A DNA stretch of 64,000 nucleotides from Octopus sinensis (GCF_006345805.1 NC_042997.1:196540001-196604000); one strand, 5' to 3'. Shown: positions 1 through 12,967, numbered from the stretch's first letter. Numbers and translations: made by a program. The notes: a model not told the origin generated them from the letters alone.

Positions 1-1168
1 GTCAGTTTTAAAGGGATTGGTGTAGCTAACCTTCTACCTCGTTAATCAATGTATCTTTACTGTGTTGACCTCGGTGCATTGTTAATGGCGATATTAAGCG
101 TGAGAAAGACAAAGGAGATGAGCAAAGAGATGGGGTAAAGTGGGAAGATAGGGAAAGAGAGAGAGAGAGAGAGAGAGAGAAAAAGAGAGAGAGAGAAAGA
201 ATGAAAAAGGAGGAGGAGAGAAAAAGAGAATAGAGAGCAGAGACCAAAAACGGTAGGAGGGAAAATTCGTGTGAATCTTCCTTTTGTAATATAAAGGTAT
301 TTCCAAAAGACTATGTTGAAGTGTAGCATTGAAGAAAGAATCGGAAATAACGATTTAATAACATGTCTTTGCTAATCCTATTTCCAGGCTCTAACTCCCC
401 CCACCACTCACCAACAAGAACTGCATATTTTAGTGATCACGTGACGAGACAGGTTTTGATACGGACAATGATAAATTGATGCGAGTGAGCATTAAACTTG
501 GGTTATTCTGGAAGGTTGGCTAATCCGAAAACGAGGAGCTTATTACATTTAACCTTGACGGAACAGCTGTTTGACACATAGATTTTATGCCTTATTAGCG
601 AAGTTTCATCGTGTAAAAAGCTGGGAAATGTCAGGAGTTTTATTAATGGTATGACCATGTTCGTTTGGAGCAGCTTATAGGAAATTACGAACATTTGACA
701 TTAATAGGTCCAACTTATCAAACACTAGTTTCCTCTTGGTAGTTTTATCAAATTTATCGATATCAATAAGTTATGAACAGTAAAACTTAGTCAATCAATA
801 TAAGATTTTCTTTCTGCGTTGATATTGATTTTCAAGATTAAAATAATTTCAACATAAATTTAAGCAAGTACATCATAAAAAAGCCATTTAGTAACCACAC
901 AAAACTGTTAAATTCACTTTTGATTTCAATTTATTTTATGAGGTGTTAAAAGTTTCGTCGCACAACTGTGACCTGGTCGGTGACTCAGCTCCACGGTAAC
1001 ACAGTTGGGGGACGATAATTTTGACGCATCATGAATTATATTTAAATTTAAGGGGAATTTAACAGCTTTGTGTGGTATTCAATGGAACTTTCGTGATGGA
1101 ATTCTTTCAGTTACAGCAGACGCTATGACATCTAAATTTATAAATGAATATATGAATATATATATATG

Positions 1169-1202
<34 letters not shown>

Positions 1203-1333
1203 AGTGCGTAGTCATATATATACAAAGAAATACATTTAAATGTATATGCTTATGTATAAGAAGCATTATTACCGTTATTTGTAGTAATAATAAGGTGGCT
1301 AGCAAGTGGCATTTTATACCCTATTGAATCTTG

Positions 1334-1364
<31 letters not shown>

Positions 1365-1718
1365 TATATCTACACACAAACACACATCCATACCCAATTT
1401 ATATATGTATATACATATATACACACATGCATATAATTGTATATTTATCAATAAATCCATAGATATATTCTTGTGTATATACATACGTATATAACATAAT
1501 ATAATGCGATCTATATATATATACACATATATATACTTGCACATGTATGTATACACATGCAACTGTACACACAGGATGTACTATGTGTATATGTATATAT
1601 ATATACATACTATATTCCATATATCACTGAGATATGAATATTTGCTTGTTGCATTACCATTATTACTTTCTTATGCCGAAACTCTGCAAAATATATTTCT
1701 AGGTGTTAATCCTTTATT

Positions 1719-1772
<54 letters not shown>

Positions 1773-3114
1773 GTTTGATTTATTATTCCGCAGCTAAACT
1801 CATCTTTATGTCAGAAAATCGATTGAAACTTTTCAGACATTTTACGTTTTAACAATTTCTGTTGAAGCATGTTGTTAATTAAACATCATTAATACAATTT
1901 GATAACTACAGCAGTATTTTAAGTCTCACCTTAGAATTACTTCTTGGGTAACTCGATTGCCTTTGATGGCGGAGGGTGTCCGTTTGTGTGTGCGTATGTG
2001 CGTGTGTATGTGTGTGTTTGAGTGAAATACTACATAAAATGAAAATAATCGTTTTAGACAAGTTTTACTTGAATAAAGGAAAGGGTGTGAAAATGGTTCT
2101 TTGCCGTATGGATTCGATTGAGTTAACCAGTAGTTATTTATATTTTTATTTTGTCACCTTTCCATAAATCTCCTTAGTTGAATGTCAGTTCAATGAAAAA
2201 CCCATGGAATTAAACACTCTAAACGAAAGAAAAAAAAATAATAAAGTCGTTGACGTTTTTAATCTTTTCTTTCACCATAAATGCCAAAAAAATAGAGAAA
2301 AAAAATTTCACCACATTAAATATAATGATGTAAAACCGCGTTTTCTATTTTTAATTTCTCCAAATATTTTTTTCTTTTTCGTCTCTTGCTTTTATCTTAG
2401 AAAACCTTGTAAAGTTGGCTGCAACATTTAAGATGTCGAAGACTTGTCATTTTCCTTAAACAATCTCAACATCACCTCTTATTAAATGTCATATGAAAAT
2501 AGATTAAGTTTTTACAATGAATATTGCTTTGAAGTGGTTCGATTTGTATTCCTTAGGAATTATAGTAAAAAAAAAGTGCACAGACACGAATATTTTATAG
2601 TTATTGTATTGAACTTAATAGATTCCTCTAACTGGAAAAAATATTCACTAATATAAATCACCTGATAGTCAATGACATCAGACAATTCGGAAATGGTTGG
2701 TATGTGTCATACTAACTAGCACATATGGTGGTTCAACACCTCAGAGCAACTATTTGAAATGCAATTTGTGGGAAGACATACACTTTTATCACTAAACTTC
2801 CGGAGTTTCAACAACGCCAGATTAATCATGTCAGCCATATTTGATTGTTGGAATAAGTCTGAGAGTTTTATGGAAGTTTGTTAGAGCTACAGGATATGAT
2901 GAAATGATGAAAAACGAGCTGTTATAATAACGTAGGTGGCTAGCTTGACCAATGAATATGAGTATATATTTAAAACTTTACCTGCCAGTTTTGCTCCCTA
3001 TTTCTTTTTGCATCAGCAGTCTAATTTTGTTATAAATTACGCGTTAAAATTTTTGTTTAACTATGCGTATGTTCTAGTTCACTATATAAACTATTACATC
3101 GATATCACTGGAAA

Positions 3115-3533
3115 GGCGGCGAGCAGGCAGAAAAGGCAGGCGAGTTGGCAGAAACGTTAGCACGCCGGGTGAAATGCGTAGCCGTATTTCATCGGCCGTT
3201 ACGTTCTGAGTTCAAATTCCGCCGAGGTTGACTTTGCCTTTCATCCTTTCGGGGTCGATTAAATAAGTACCAGTTACGCACTGGGGTCAATATAATCGAC
3301 TTAATTCGTTTGTCTGTCCTTCTTTGTCCTCTCTGTGTTTAGCCCCTTGTGGGTAGTAAAGAAATAGGTATTTCGTCTGTCGTTACGTTCTGAGTTCAAA
3401 TTCCGCCGAAGTCGACTTTGCCTTTCATCCCTTCGGGGTCAATAAATTAAGTAGCAGTTGCGTATTGGAGTCGATCTAATCGACTGACCCCCTTCCCCCA
3501 AATTTCGGACCTTGTGTCTAGAGTAGAAAAGAA
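3115..3533 (+). mobile_element. SINE family A (tRNA-like head), two internal units (alpha tail then beta tail)
   Basis: A-box-like ggcgagttggcagaa, B-box gagttcaaattcc, central gtcgactttgcctttcatcctttcggggtcgat..aagtaccagtt present twice; matches ~20 other copies in the window. Confidence 0.85.
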
Positions 3534-3639
3534 TATCACCGGGGACTCCCGCGCTACAGAACAAATTTTATATTCAATATGTACCACGGGAATCACCGTG
3601 ACACACGTTAAAAAGTGTTAAAATGGTTATTATACCTAT

Positions 3640-3900
3640 GAATAATAATAAATGCGCCCTTTTAAAGCCTAGCCAGGCCCATGGACCCGGTTTCCCGGTT
3701 TCTATGGCGTATGTGTTCCCCAGCTGAACGGGACGCCAGTCCATCGCAGCGTTAAACATTTTTGCCAGCTGAGTGGACTGTAGCAACGTAAAATGAAGTG
3801 TTTTGCTCAAGAACACAACGCGTCGCCCGGTCCAGGAATCGAAACCACAATCTTACAATCATGGTGCCGACACCCTAACCACTAAGCCATGCGCCTCCAC
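3640..3900 (-). mobile_element. CORE-type SINE, head H1 + tail T1
   Basis: Minus strand: tRNA-like head ggaggcgcatggcttagtgg, CORE-like gtgttcttgagcaaaacactt..gttgctacagtccactcagctg, tail gcgatggactggcgtcccg..gaaaccggg; 12-bp TSD tattatacctat (3628-3639 / 3901-3912). Confidence 0.85.
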
Positions 3901-4646
3901 TATTATACCTATATGGATATAAAAAATTTATTTATGATTTTTTGCCTACAGATTATATTCCAGATTATTTAAGCTTTAATTCTTTTCATTTTTGGAGAGT
4001 AACGCTCGAATGATGAAGATGACTGCGATTTGTGCCCTTCTGATATCGAGCCTGGTCCCCCAACTTCTGATGAATCTCAAGTCTCCGCAATCGAAAATCA
4101 CACGAAAAACACTAAGAAACATATTCTGTATCTTTCCTAGAGTTCAAATAAGGTAATTAGAATCACATTAATGTGAAGGTCCATAAAAAACATTACCGTT
4201 GGGAGTCACTGGTGACTCCATGGTATATAAAATATATAATGTGGGGAGTCACCGGTTGCGTCTGTTGTAGGCGAAGTTCTAAAGGTGCACTAATCAGTAA
4301 TGACCAAAATAAAACTTTGTGCATAAACATTTAACACGTTCATTTACGCTCAAATGAGAAAAGATCTTCGTTTCGGCAACTGTCTCTAAAGAGAAATTCT
4401 TCTTTTAGACAATTGTGAAAGCAGACCGAGTTCGCCAATGAATTGTGCCCTAAAGTTCAACAGTCTCACTCATAGCTTAGTTCGGTATATTTTCACAAAC
4501 GTTGTTGAGAGTAAATAGATCTCTTCCGAGACAGTCTTAGTTTTTAATGTACAAGAAAGTGTTAAATCTAAATGTATACGGGTTTATTTTATCCTGAGCA
4601 ATAAAATAGATATGCCCTACTTATTTTTGCATTATAGTAAAAGTTT

Positions 4647-4735
4647 GAATGGTCATTTTCCCAGTTTAGCCAATAAAAACACACGCACTATATATTTGCT
4701 GTTACTTTGCTTCATTTTGCTAGTTTAGCCAATAA
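4647..4735 (+). repeat. Fragment of the repeat that forms the palindrome at 63054-63296
   Basis: gaatggtcatttt..cagtttagccaataaaaacacacgcactatatatttg..gttactttgcttca is nearly identical to the left arm at 63068-63136. Confidence 0.75.
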
Positions 4736-4902
4736 AATAGAATAATAGAATTTCAATAATAGAATAATAAAGTCATAATCCGCATCGCATTATACATTAT
4801 ATTTCATAACTAGAAAAAATATATTTAATCCATACCTTTGTAAAATCGAAAACATTGAAATTAAAGTATAACTGCTTACAAATATATATATATATATATA
4901 TA

Positions 4903-5086
4903 AAATGTGACCTCGTGTGTACCGTTGGCGATTTTTTTCCTCTGTCTTCCCTTCTCTGGATCGTTCCTTCTCTTATGTTTCCGACGAAACGTTAAACCCT
5001 CCTTCTTTCCTGAGCGTCCAATAATACTATATTTGTTCCACGTCCTCGCGTTGTTGTGTTTTTTTTGTGCTTTCTTGTTTGGATTA

Positions 5087-5090
<4 letters not shown>
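4903..5090 (+). mobile_element. Probable Penelope-like pseudo-LTR fragment in (TA)n with a deleted hammerhead
   Basis: Flanked by (TA)n on both sides; gttt-ccgacga-aacgtt-aaac at 4977-4997 looks like a minimal hammerhead lacking helix II. Confidence 0.4.
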
Positions 5091-5148
<58 letters not shown>

Positions 5149-5677
5149 CAAACACATGTGGATTATGAATTTCTTTTGGTGCTATCAGCGATTTTCTCTC
5201 CACCAAAGTTATATAGGTTTTCTAATAAAACTTTGGTGCTTCGTACATAAACACATTGGCTAACGTAAGTATAAGCTAAAACGTATGTCTGTTTATTTCT
5301 AACGATCAGTGTAATATTATTGGGAGATGTATCACATCATTACACAAATGGTTTTAGCAACATTTATCGGAATTATTTAATAGGAATTTTTATATAACGT
5401 AAATTGAATAAACGTTATTAACGAATAAAAGAAATTGGAAAGCGGCCGTTTATCTAAAATTTATCAAACCTACCAGCAATATAATTTCTCTTTGGATGAG
5501 AAGCAAAAGAAAATGATTAAAGAAACAGTATGTACTTTTTATATAATAGACAAAATTATTTCATCATGAGAGGCAATTTCAAAGATATCTGATCACCATT
5601 TCTATTTTGTTTTCTATATATTTTATTTTTATATATCTTATATCATAATTTGTGAACAATAATGTCGTTGGTTACAG

Positions 5678-5726
5678 GTTTCCAATGAAGCAATTACTGG
5701 CACATCGTAACATTGCATATTTGGCG
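5678..5726 (+). CDS. Candidate internal exon E1 (49 nt, phase 2 to 0), xFPMKQLLAHRNIAYLA
   Basis: ttacAG acceptor (weak pyrimidine tract), GCG|GTGAGA donor, open reading frame; no transcript evidence. Confidence 0.3.
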
Positions 5727-6214
5727 GTGAGAGAGAGAGAGAGAGAGAGAGAGAAAGAAATGTCTGCAGCGAAATTTGATGCAGGACAAACATCCCAAAG
5801 GAATTTGTTAGTAAAGCATTGGTTTTTCTCACCGATGTATATATCAGTTGCTGTTACACATCTATCTATCTATCTATCATTATTGACCGAGGTTACCGTG
5901 GTCTTTTCCGTAGGCTTTTCTTTCTACGGATAAACCTTATCTGTTTCCCCCCTTTACACTTTTCACTATGACATTTCTGTGATACACGATCCCTATTGAT
6001 CGTTTTTTTTTCTTTTTTCTTTCTTTTTTTACGACCCCTTTTGATCGAAAAGCTACACCCCTTTTTTCTCTCCAAAAAGAAAAGCTCTACTTTGTAATTT
6101 GTCCCCTCTGTGTTCAGCCTTGTGTGACTAATAAAGAAACATATCTATCTATCTATCTCTGCCCAATGTATACATACAAACATATACATATGATCTTATC
6201 TCTCTACATAGTTG

Positions 6215-6268
<54 letters not shown>

Positions 6269-6324
6269 TGCATGTCTGTCTGTCTACACACACATGCATT
6301 CATGCACACAAATAATATGTGGCT

Positions 6325-6483
6325 TCTGCACAGTTTTCGGCAGTCAAATCGCACTAAAATCGTGTTACTTAACCCATCTGAAGTTATGGGAAAAAACCCA
6401 CTTACTCAAGGTTGTGCAGTGGGATCAACACTAGACCTACTTGGTTTCGAGGCGAATTTCTTCACCATAGAGCCATGCGCCCA
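6325..6483 (-). mobile_element. Degenerate SINE family B 5' half
   Basis: Diverged match to the B head (cttactcaaggttgtgcagtgggat..ttcaccatagagccatgcgcc). Confidence 0.5.
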
Positions 6484-6649
6484 TTGATGAATGCAAAATG
6501 TCCGTTTCTGTATGTATTTTGTGATTAGTATCAAAAAGATCGTTTACTATGAGCTTCCATAAAGGGGAAAAATGATATGAAAGATATTGTCTTCATAGCG
6601 GAGAAAAGATGAAGAAGAATGTTAAGCTGAGAAGAACTGTGTTTTATCT

Positions 6650-6790
6650 TTTACTTGTTTCAGTCATTCGATGCTGGGGCACCGCTGTGAAGAGTTTAGC
6701 GGAACAAATCGACCCCAGTACTTATTTTTAAGTCTGGGGCTTATTTTATCGGACACGTTTGTTGAACCACTATGTTATGGATCGCAAACT
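6650..6790 (-). mobile_element. SINE family B 3' fragment
   Basis: ttttacttgtttcagtca..gcaccgc..aaatcgaccccag matches B 3' end. Confidence 0.7.
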
Positions 6791-6799
6791 AATGACCGT

Positions 6800-7199
6800 T
6801 GGTTGTTTGTTTGTTTAGCGAAGCGGTCTTCGTCCCAGAGCTCGCAAGATCGCGCCTCAGGATTGTCTGTAGTGGGAGAAGTCCGAAACATGGTCCTGTA
6901 CTATTCGTAAGACCTGCAGAAGAGAAAGCAGGTCAACCCCCGACACCGAGAGCATCATCGGATGGATGAATGCGCATCAAGGCTCAGTGGTTGCGTAGGA
7001 AGTCGGTGACAAGAAACAGGAAGAAAGAGAAGGTTGGAGCGAAAGAGTACAACAGGGGTCGCCACCAACCGCTGCCGGAGCCTCGTGGAACTTTAGGTGT
7101 TTTCGCTCAATAAGCACACACAACGCCCGGTCTGAGAATCGAAACCGCGATCCTCCGACCGCGAGTCCGCTGCCCTAACCATTGGGCCATTGCGCATCC
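6800..7199 (-). mobile_element. tRNA(Arg)-like SINE, head H2 + tail T3
   Basis: Minus head gatgcgcaatggcccaatggttagggcagcggactcgcggtc..gtttcgattctc; H2 body ttgagcgaaaacacctaaag..gaggctccggcag; unique tail ending in (AAAC)n. Confidence 0.75.
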
Positions 7200-7974
7200 A
7201 CGACCGCTGGTTGCCAAACGATGGCAGACAAACACAAAAACAAAGATACACACGTAAATATACATACACACACGACGGGCTTAAGCAGAATTTTCCCAAA
7301 CCAAATCCATCCACAAGATATTGTTCGACCTGAGGCCATTGTAGAAGATATTCAACTAAGGTGCCGCGCATTGGGACTGAACCCAAAACTACATGGTCCT
7401 AAAGTAGACTTCTTAACCACACAACCAAACCAGCACCAATGAAATTATTTACTCCACAATCAAGAGGAAGTTTTAAAGGCTGATTTCCCCACTTTCTATT
7501 AATCAATCACGAATTGACTTGAAAAGAGACTTGAGTACGTCCCTCCCCACAAAACAAAACAAAAACAAATTAATGTCAAACTTGCAATTCTGACAGGAAT
7601 TCGATGAGGAGAAAAAGGGGTAATTAACCACGGTGATAGGTTAACAAGAGGTCGCTGGTTTGTAATTTGCCACCAACAGTTAAGTTTCAGAATACCCAGT
7701 GGACTTAGGTGTTGAAGAGATATCTCAGGACACAGAAAATATAACCATTATAATTAGTGGTAAATTGGGGGAAATAGATGAGTTTCGTTAATTTGCCATG
7801 ATGAGTTCGACACCTGATGTTACTCTCAAGACACTTGGCATTTGTTGCCAAGTTGAATTGCCAATGATATGATACGTGACGCGCGCGCATTTGTATGTGA
7901 AAGAGAGAGTGTGTGTGTGTGTGAGAGAGAGAGAGAGGGGGGGAACAGGGAATGTGAGAGTTATTTAGTTCCAG

Positions 7975-8023
7975 GTTAGTCCCTGTTGAGATGACCTACA
8001 GCAACACGAACTTTAGCTTTCAG
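7975..8023 (+). CDS. Candidate exon (49 nt, phase 2 to 0), xLVPVEMTYSNTNFSFQ
   Basis: ttagttccAG acceptor, CAG|GTAATT donor, only one open frame; weak support. Confidence 0.22.
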
Positions 8024-8047
8024 GTAATTATATATATATATATATAT

Positions 8048-8497
8048 AGGCATAGCAGTGACTGTATAGTGAGTATATATATATATATATATATAGTTAT
8101 AGCAGTGGCTATATAGTAAGTAGCTTGCTCACCAACCACATAGCTCCGGGTTCAGTACCACTGCGTAGCACCTTGGGCAAGTGTCTTCTACTATAGCCTC
8201 GGGCCGACCAAAGCCTTGCGAGTGGATATAGTAGGCGGAAACCGAAAGAAGCCTTTCGTATATCTGTCTTTCTATCTATCTATCTATCTATGTATATGTG
8301 TGTCTGTGTTTGTCTTCCCAAATTCGTTTGACAACCGATGGTGGTGTGTTTACACCCCCGTCACTTAGCTGTTCGACAAAAGCGACTGATAGAATAAGTA
8401 CTAGGCTTACAAAGAATAAGTCCTGAAATCGACTTGTTCGACTAAAGGCGGAACTCCAGCATGGCCGCAGCCAAATGACAAACAAGTAAAAGAATAC
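8048..8497 (+). mobile_element. SINE family B, near full length
   Basis: Head agtggct..gtaagtagcttgct..ccgggttcagt, CORE-start caccttgggcaagtgtcttct, internal (TATC)n, 3' gcatggccgcag..gacaaacaagtaaaag. Confidence 0.85.
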
Positions 8498-8515
8498 ATA
8501 CATACATACATACAT

Positions 8516-8582
<67 letters not shown>

Positions 8583-8631
8583 ATATTTGTGTGTGTGTGT
8601 GTGTGTGTGTATCTGTGTGTGTATGTTTGAA

Positions 8632-8950
8632 GGTGCATAACATAATGGCTAGGGTATTTGGCCCACGATTGTTAGATTGCAACTTCGATTCCTGGTAACG
8701 TAGTGTCCTTGAGCAAGACACTTTACTTCACGTTGCTCCAGTACCCTCAGTTGGCAAAAGTGACCGGTACCTGTAATTCAAATGGCCAGTCTTGACACAT
8801 TCTGCTTGACGCTAAATCTCCATGAGAACTACGTTCATGGTACACGTGTCTGTGGAGTGCTCAGCCACTTGCACATTAATCTCACGAGCAGGCTGTTCCG
8901 TTGATCGGATCAACTTGAAACCTCGCCGTCGTCATTACCGATGGAGTGCT
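8632..8950 (+). mobile_element. CORE-type SINE, head H1 + tail T2
   Basis: gtgtccttgagcaagacactttacttcacgttgctccagt (CORE-like) followed by T2 tail gagaactacgtt..gtggagtgctcagccacttgc..cacgagcaggctgttccgttgatcggatcaac. Confidence 0.8.
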
Positions 8951-8975
8951 AGTTTAATATATATATATATATATT

Positions 8976-10306
8976 TCTTCTATTTCTTAATTGTTATAAA
9001 TCTTTCACTGAGAAGGGAGCCGATTTCCAACAAAGATACAAGGCTCCTTCTCTGGGATGAAGTTAATACAGACAAATTCACATTTGGAACTTGAGAAAAG
9101 TCTTGCATATTTTTACAATTCCACTTACAGATTGCACTTCTCATGTACGACTTAGCCGGTAGATTTCTCTTCCTGAAAATCCCAGTTTATCGAGATTTTC
9201 CTTTAAGCATTTAGTAACAAAACCTAATGCTCCAGTTGTTATTGGTATGAATATGAATTCATAATCTGGATATAGAAGCTGGAGGTTTCGAAGCAGTTGT
9301 CCTCTTTTTCCTCTTTTTCTTTGATTTTCACAGAGACATTTATATCTGCATGGCATCTAACCTCCATGATAGTACATACATTTGCCCCTTTGTCCCAAAC
9401 AACAATATCCGGCCTGTTATGTTTACATTTGACAGAAGTTTTGATGGGAAGATTCCACCAGTATTCCTTGAGTTGGTGTTTATGAATGTATTCCATACCA
9501 GAGGCATTTTCTAAATTTATTTCAGGATAGTCTTTCTTGCTGATGGCATTGTAAATTGGTTTAGCAAAATCATCGTAGCGCATAGAGAGGTAGTACCGTG
9601 ACGACATTTTAGGACAGCTACTAAGCCACATGCTTAATGTTTTCCACAGAAACATGACATAGCCTACATATGAAGTTGTACCTTGGGATTACAAGAATGT
9701 CACTGTCTCCCTTGTTAACCAAGTACTTTGTGGCAATCTCCTGTTCCTGGATTGCAAACGCGTAGCCTTCAAAGTGTGATGTGATGTAGTGGTCTTATGT
9801 CCAAGAGAGATTGCGCTTCGTGTCAATTCTACTGTCTTCTTCAAGCTTCCGGGCAACATACCCATGCGTGGTCTTTTTTTTTATGCTGAGTGCTTTCCAT
9901 CCAGGTCTTCTCTGAGGTAAGAGAGCCCAGATGCTTTGGGGCTGTATAGGAGATCATCAGGAAGAGAGTGTTCCTTAAGGAGTTCACTGCCAACTCATAC
10001 AATGTTGATCACTTCACTTTACAGGACTACATTAATATATTTGTTTTTGCCGCTGTATCTTAAAAGTTGCTGCCTGAGGGATACCAAACAGCATTCAAAA
10101 GCTGTCTGCACTGATCTGAGGCCTCTACTACCGTCATTTCTTCTTAGGTAGAGCTTGTCAACATCACTGTTTCTGTAGAGGTTATCTTTTGTTGTCAGGA
10201 TTTTGTGGGTTTTGATATTTATGGAGTGGATTTCCTCAACAGATCAATCAAGTATCCCAAATATTTGGATCAGCACTGGTACTGCAAATGCATTGTGGGA
10301 TATTGT
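8976..10306 (-). mobile_element. 5'-truncated RLE-type non-LTR retrotransposon (R4/Dong-like), family X, decayed
   Basis: Minus-strand translation gives post-RT DVDKLYLRRNDGSRGL, FEGYAFAIQEQEIATKY, CCHC CRLC..H..SC, and RLE HNRPDIVVWD..E..KEK; frameshifts; abuts (TA)n and (TATG)n. Confidence 0.88.
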
Positions 10307-11109
10307 TGTATGTATGTATGTATGTATATATGTATATATATATAAATGTATGCGTGTATATATATATATATATACATAAATGTATGCATATATATGTATG
10401 TACGTATGTATGTGTCAGGGACTGTTGAATGTGTGTTTCCTGTTTGAAGATGTTAAAGGTAGGTGTGATTTGAAGAAATTTAGCTGGTATTTCCAGCAAG
10501 ACGTGCTGCCTCCCACCACATCATTGGCTCGAAAGGGAATGATAGATAGAAAGAGAGAATGTGAGAGATAGTGAGAGAGAGAGAAAGATAGGGAGAAGGG
10601 GAGAAAGAGAAAGATAGTGAGAGACAGAGAAAGGAAGGAGAGAGACAGAGAGAGAGAAAAAGATGCAGAAAGATGTAGGTGAATAAGGTATGGTCTTTTA
10701 GGTGGGCTTTCACAGAGCATTCAATCATTGCTCGAAGAATAACATGGTAGGAAAGAGAACCAAGCAGAAAATAATAATAATAATAATAAAAAAAAAGCGA
10801 CAAACAACTAATAACAAACAAACAAACAAACCAGCTGGAAGGCAAGGAAAAGGCTGAAGATTTATTTGCAGATAAAATTTGCAGAAGAAGAGTAGAGCCT
10901 TGATCTTGAATAGATCAATACTATTATTGTATTAAGAGGGGATGTATTGGAGTAGGAGGAGTAAGGGGAGTAGGGAGGGAGTGAGAAAAGGAGAGGGAGA
11001 GAGAGTGAGGGAGAGAGGAGGTTTCTGTAGTTAATAAGCTCCAGAGTCTATACACTGTTAAGAGTTTTATGGATTATAGTCGTATATTGTATATAGCCGC
11101 CAATATATA

Positions 11110-11155
11110 ACATACACACATACATGCCTCCATATACATACATATATATATATGC

Positions 11156-11199
<44 letters not shown>

Positions 11200-11420
11200 A
11201 TACTTATACACATAAAGACATATATACATGCATATATACACAAGTAAGCATACCTATATATATGCACACAGACATATATACATATATACACAGACATGTA
11301 TTCATATACATACATATATACACAGACATATATTCATACACATGTGTATATACATACTTATAGATATATACATGTATGTATGTATATACACACACACACA
11401 TATATATATATATATATGTA
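11110..11420. repeat. Compound (TA)/(TACA)/(CA) microsatellite
   Basis: Direct reading. Confidence 0.9.
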
Positions 11421-12199
11421 TATATGAGAAAGATAGTGAGAGAGAGAACGATAGACAGAAAGGGAAGAGAAAGATAGTGTGAGAAAGAGAGACGGAGAAA
11501 AAGAGATGGAGGGAGAGAGAGAGAAAGATGCAGAGAGGTGTATATATTTATGTGTGTGTGTATGTGTGTGTCTAACAGGATTTGGTTGTCTAAAATATAG
11601 CTTTCTAGCCAAAATACTCGGTGGAATTATTTATTATCAGATCGGATTGTTTATCATCTGATATTTTAAGATGGTTGTTATGCATTGTAAGAAGGTTGTT
11701 GGGTCAGTTTTTTTTTCTCCCCTGGATATTATCAAAGTTTCTTTGTTGCATTATTGCATATAATAACAACTACACGTCAATCGAAAGAGCTTTCGCTTTT
11801 ATATTTTTTATATATTTTTTCTTCTTTCTTTTTTGGTGTTATCCAGAATCCGCCTCCCACCAAAAAAAAAACCACCAAAAAATACCCAACAAAAGAACAA
11901 AACCAAACCAACTGTAAAGTAATACCAAGCGTATTTAGGTGTTATAGCTGAAAAGATTGGGAGGGAAAACGTATACTTGCAATGAATTAATAATAATGAA
12001 AATAATTGTTAGGTAGCCGTTAATAAAGATTAAGAAAAAATATGAAGTATTAAATTGGATGATAGGTTCCGATAACGTTAATGAAATAATAAATATCAAA
12101 GAATGAGGTACTTCTAGAATTTCATAGGATTTATGAACAGATTTTGCAGATTATGTTGTACACTATAACTACATTCTGTCTCTCTAATAATCCTTACTA

Positions 12200-12725
12200 C
12201 TATAGGGGACAAAGTCGACTAAATCGACCCCAGTGTATCACTGGTACGTAATTTATCGACCCCGAAAAGATGAAAGGCATTTGAAACCCGGTGGCGTTTG
12301 AACTCAGAACGGAAGACAGACGAAATACCTATTTCTTTACTACCCACAAGGGGCTAAACACAGAGAGGACAAACAAGGACAGACAAACGGACTAAGTCGA
12401 TTATATCGATCCCAGTGCGTAACTGGTACTTAATTTATCGACCCCGAAAGGATGAAAGGCAAAGTCGACCTCGGCGGAATTTGAACTCAGAACGTAGCGG
12501 CAAACGAAATACCTATTTCTTTATTACTCACAAGAGGCTATACACAGAGAGGACAAACAAGGACAGACAAAGGGATTAAGTCGATTATATCGACCCCAGT
12601 GCGTAACTGGTACTTATTTAATCGACCCCGAAAGGATGAAAGGCAAAGTCGCCCTCGGCGGAATTTGAACTCAGAACGTAAAGACAGACGAAATACCGCT
12701 AAACGTTTTGTCTAGCGTGCTAAGG
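12200..12725 (-). mobile_element. SINE family A tandem array, three ~184-bp units
   Basis: aactcagaa recurs at 12301, 12484, 12668 (periods 183 and 184). Confidence 0.88.
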
Positions 12726-12732
12726 ATTCTTT

Positions 12733-12940
12733 TTTCTATTCAAGGCACAAGGCCCGAATTTTTGGTGGAGCGGGGCAGTCGATTAGATCTTCCCCAGTAC
12801 GCAACTGCTACTTAATTTATAGACCCCGAAAGCATGAAAGTCACATTCGACCTCGGCGGAATTTGAACTCAGAAGGTAAAGACAGATGAAATATCACTGA
12901 GCATTTCGCCCGGCGTACTAACGATTCTGCCAGCTCGCTG
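12733..12940 (-). mobile_element. SINE family A, beta-tail copy
   Basis: Full head (ctgccagctcgc) to ggcacaaggcccgaattttt tail. Confidence 0.8.
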
Positions 12941-12967
12941 TCTTTGTCTCTCTAATAGTAATAATGA

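Noticed and set aside
434-445. E-box/CLEAR-like palindrome gatcacgtgac
   Set aside because: A single short motif is expected by chance in 64 kb
4141-4152. 12-nt microexon-like segment (tctttcctAG..AAG|GTAATT)
   Set aside because: It sits in a region with piggyBac-like subterminal repeats (gggagtcac..gtgactcc, 4200-4260); splice-like signals are likely incidental
3960-4290. Possible piggyBac-derived element
   Set aside because: No clear TTAA-flanked TIR pair could be identified
7130-7199. tRNA-like sequences (also 3115, 15274, 45215-45282, 51498)
   Set aside because: A and B boxes are present but no complete cloverleaf or acceptor stem; they are SINE heads continuous with SINE bodies
12200-12725. 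Regularly spaced repeats resembling a CRISPR array
   Set aside because: The whole ~184-bp unit repeats with no unique spacers, there are no cas genes, and the context is eukaryotic; it is a SINE array
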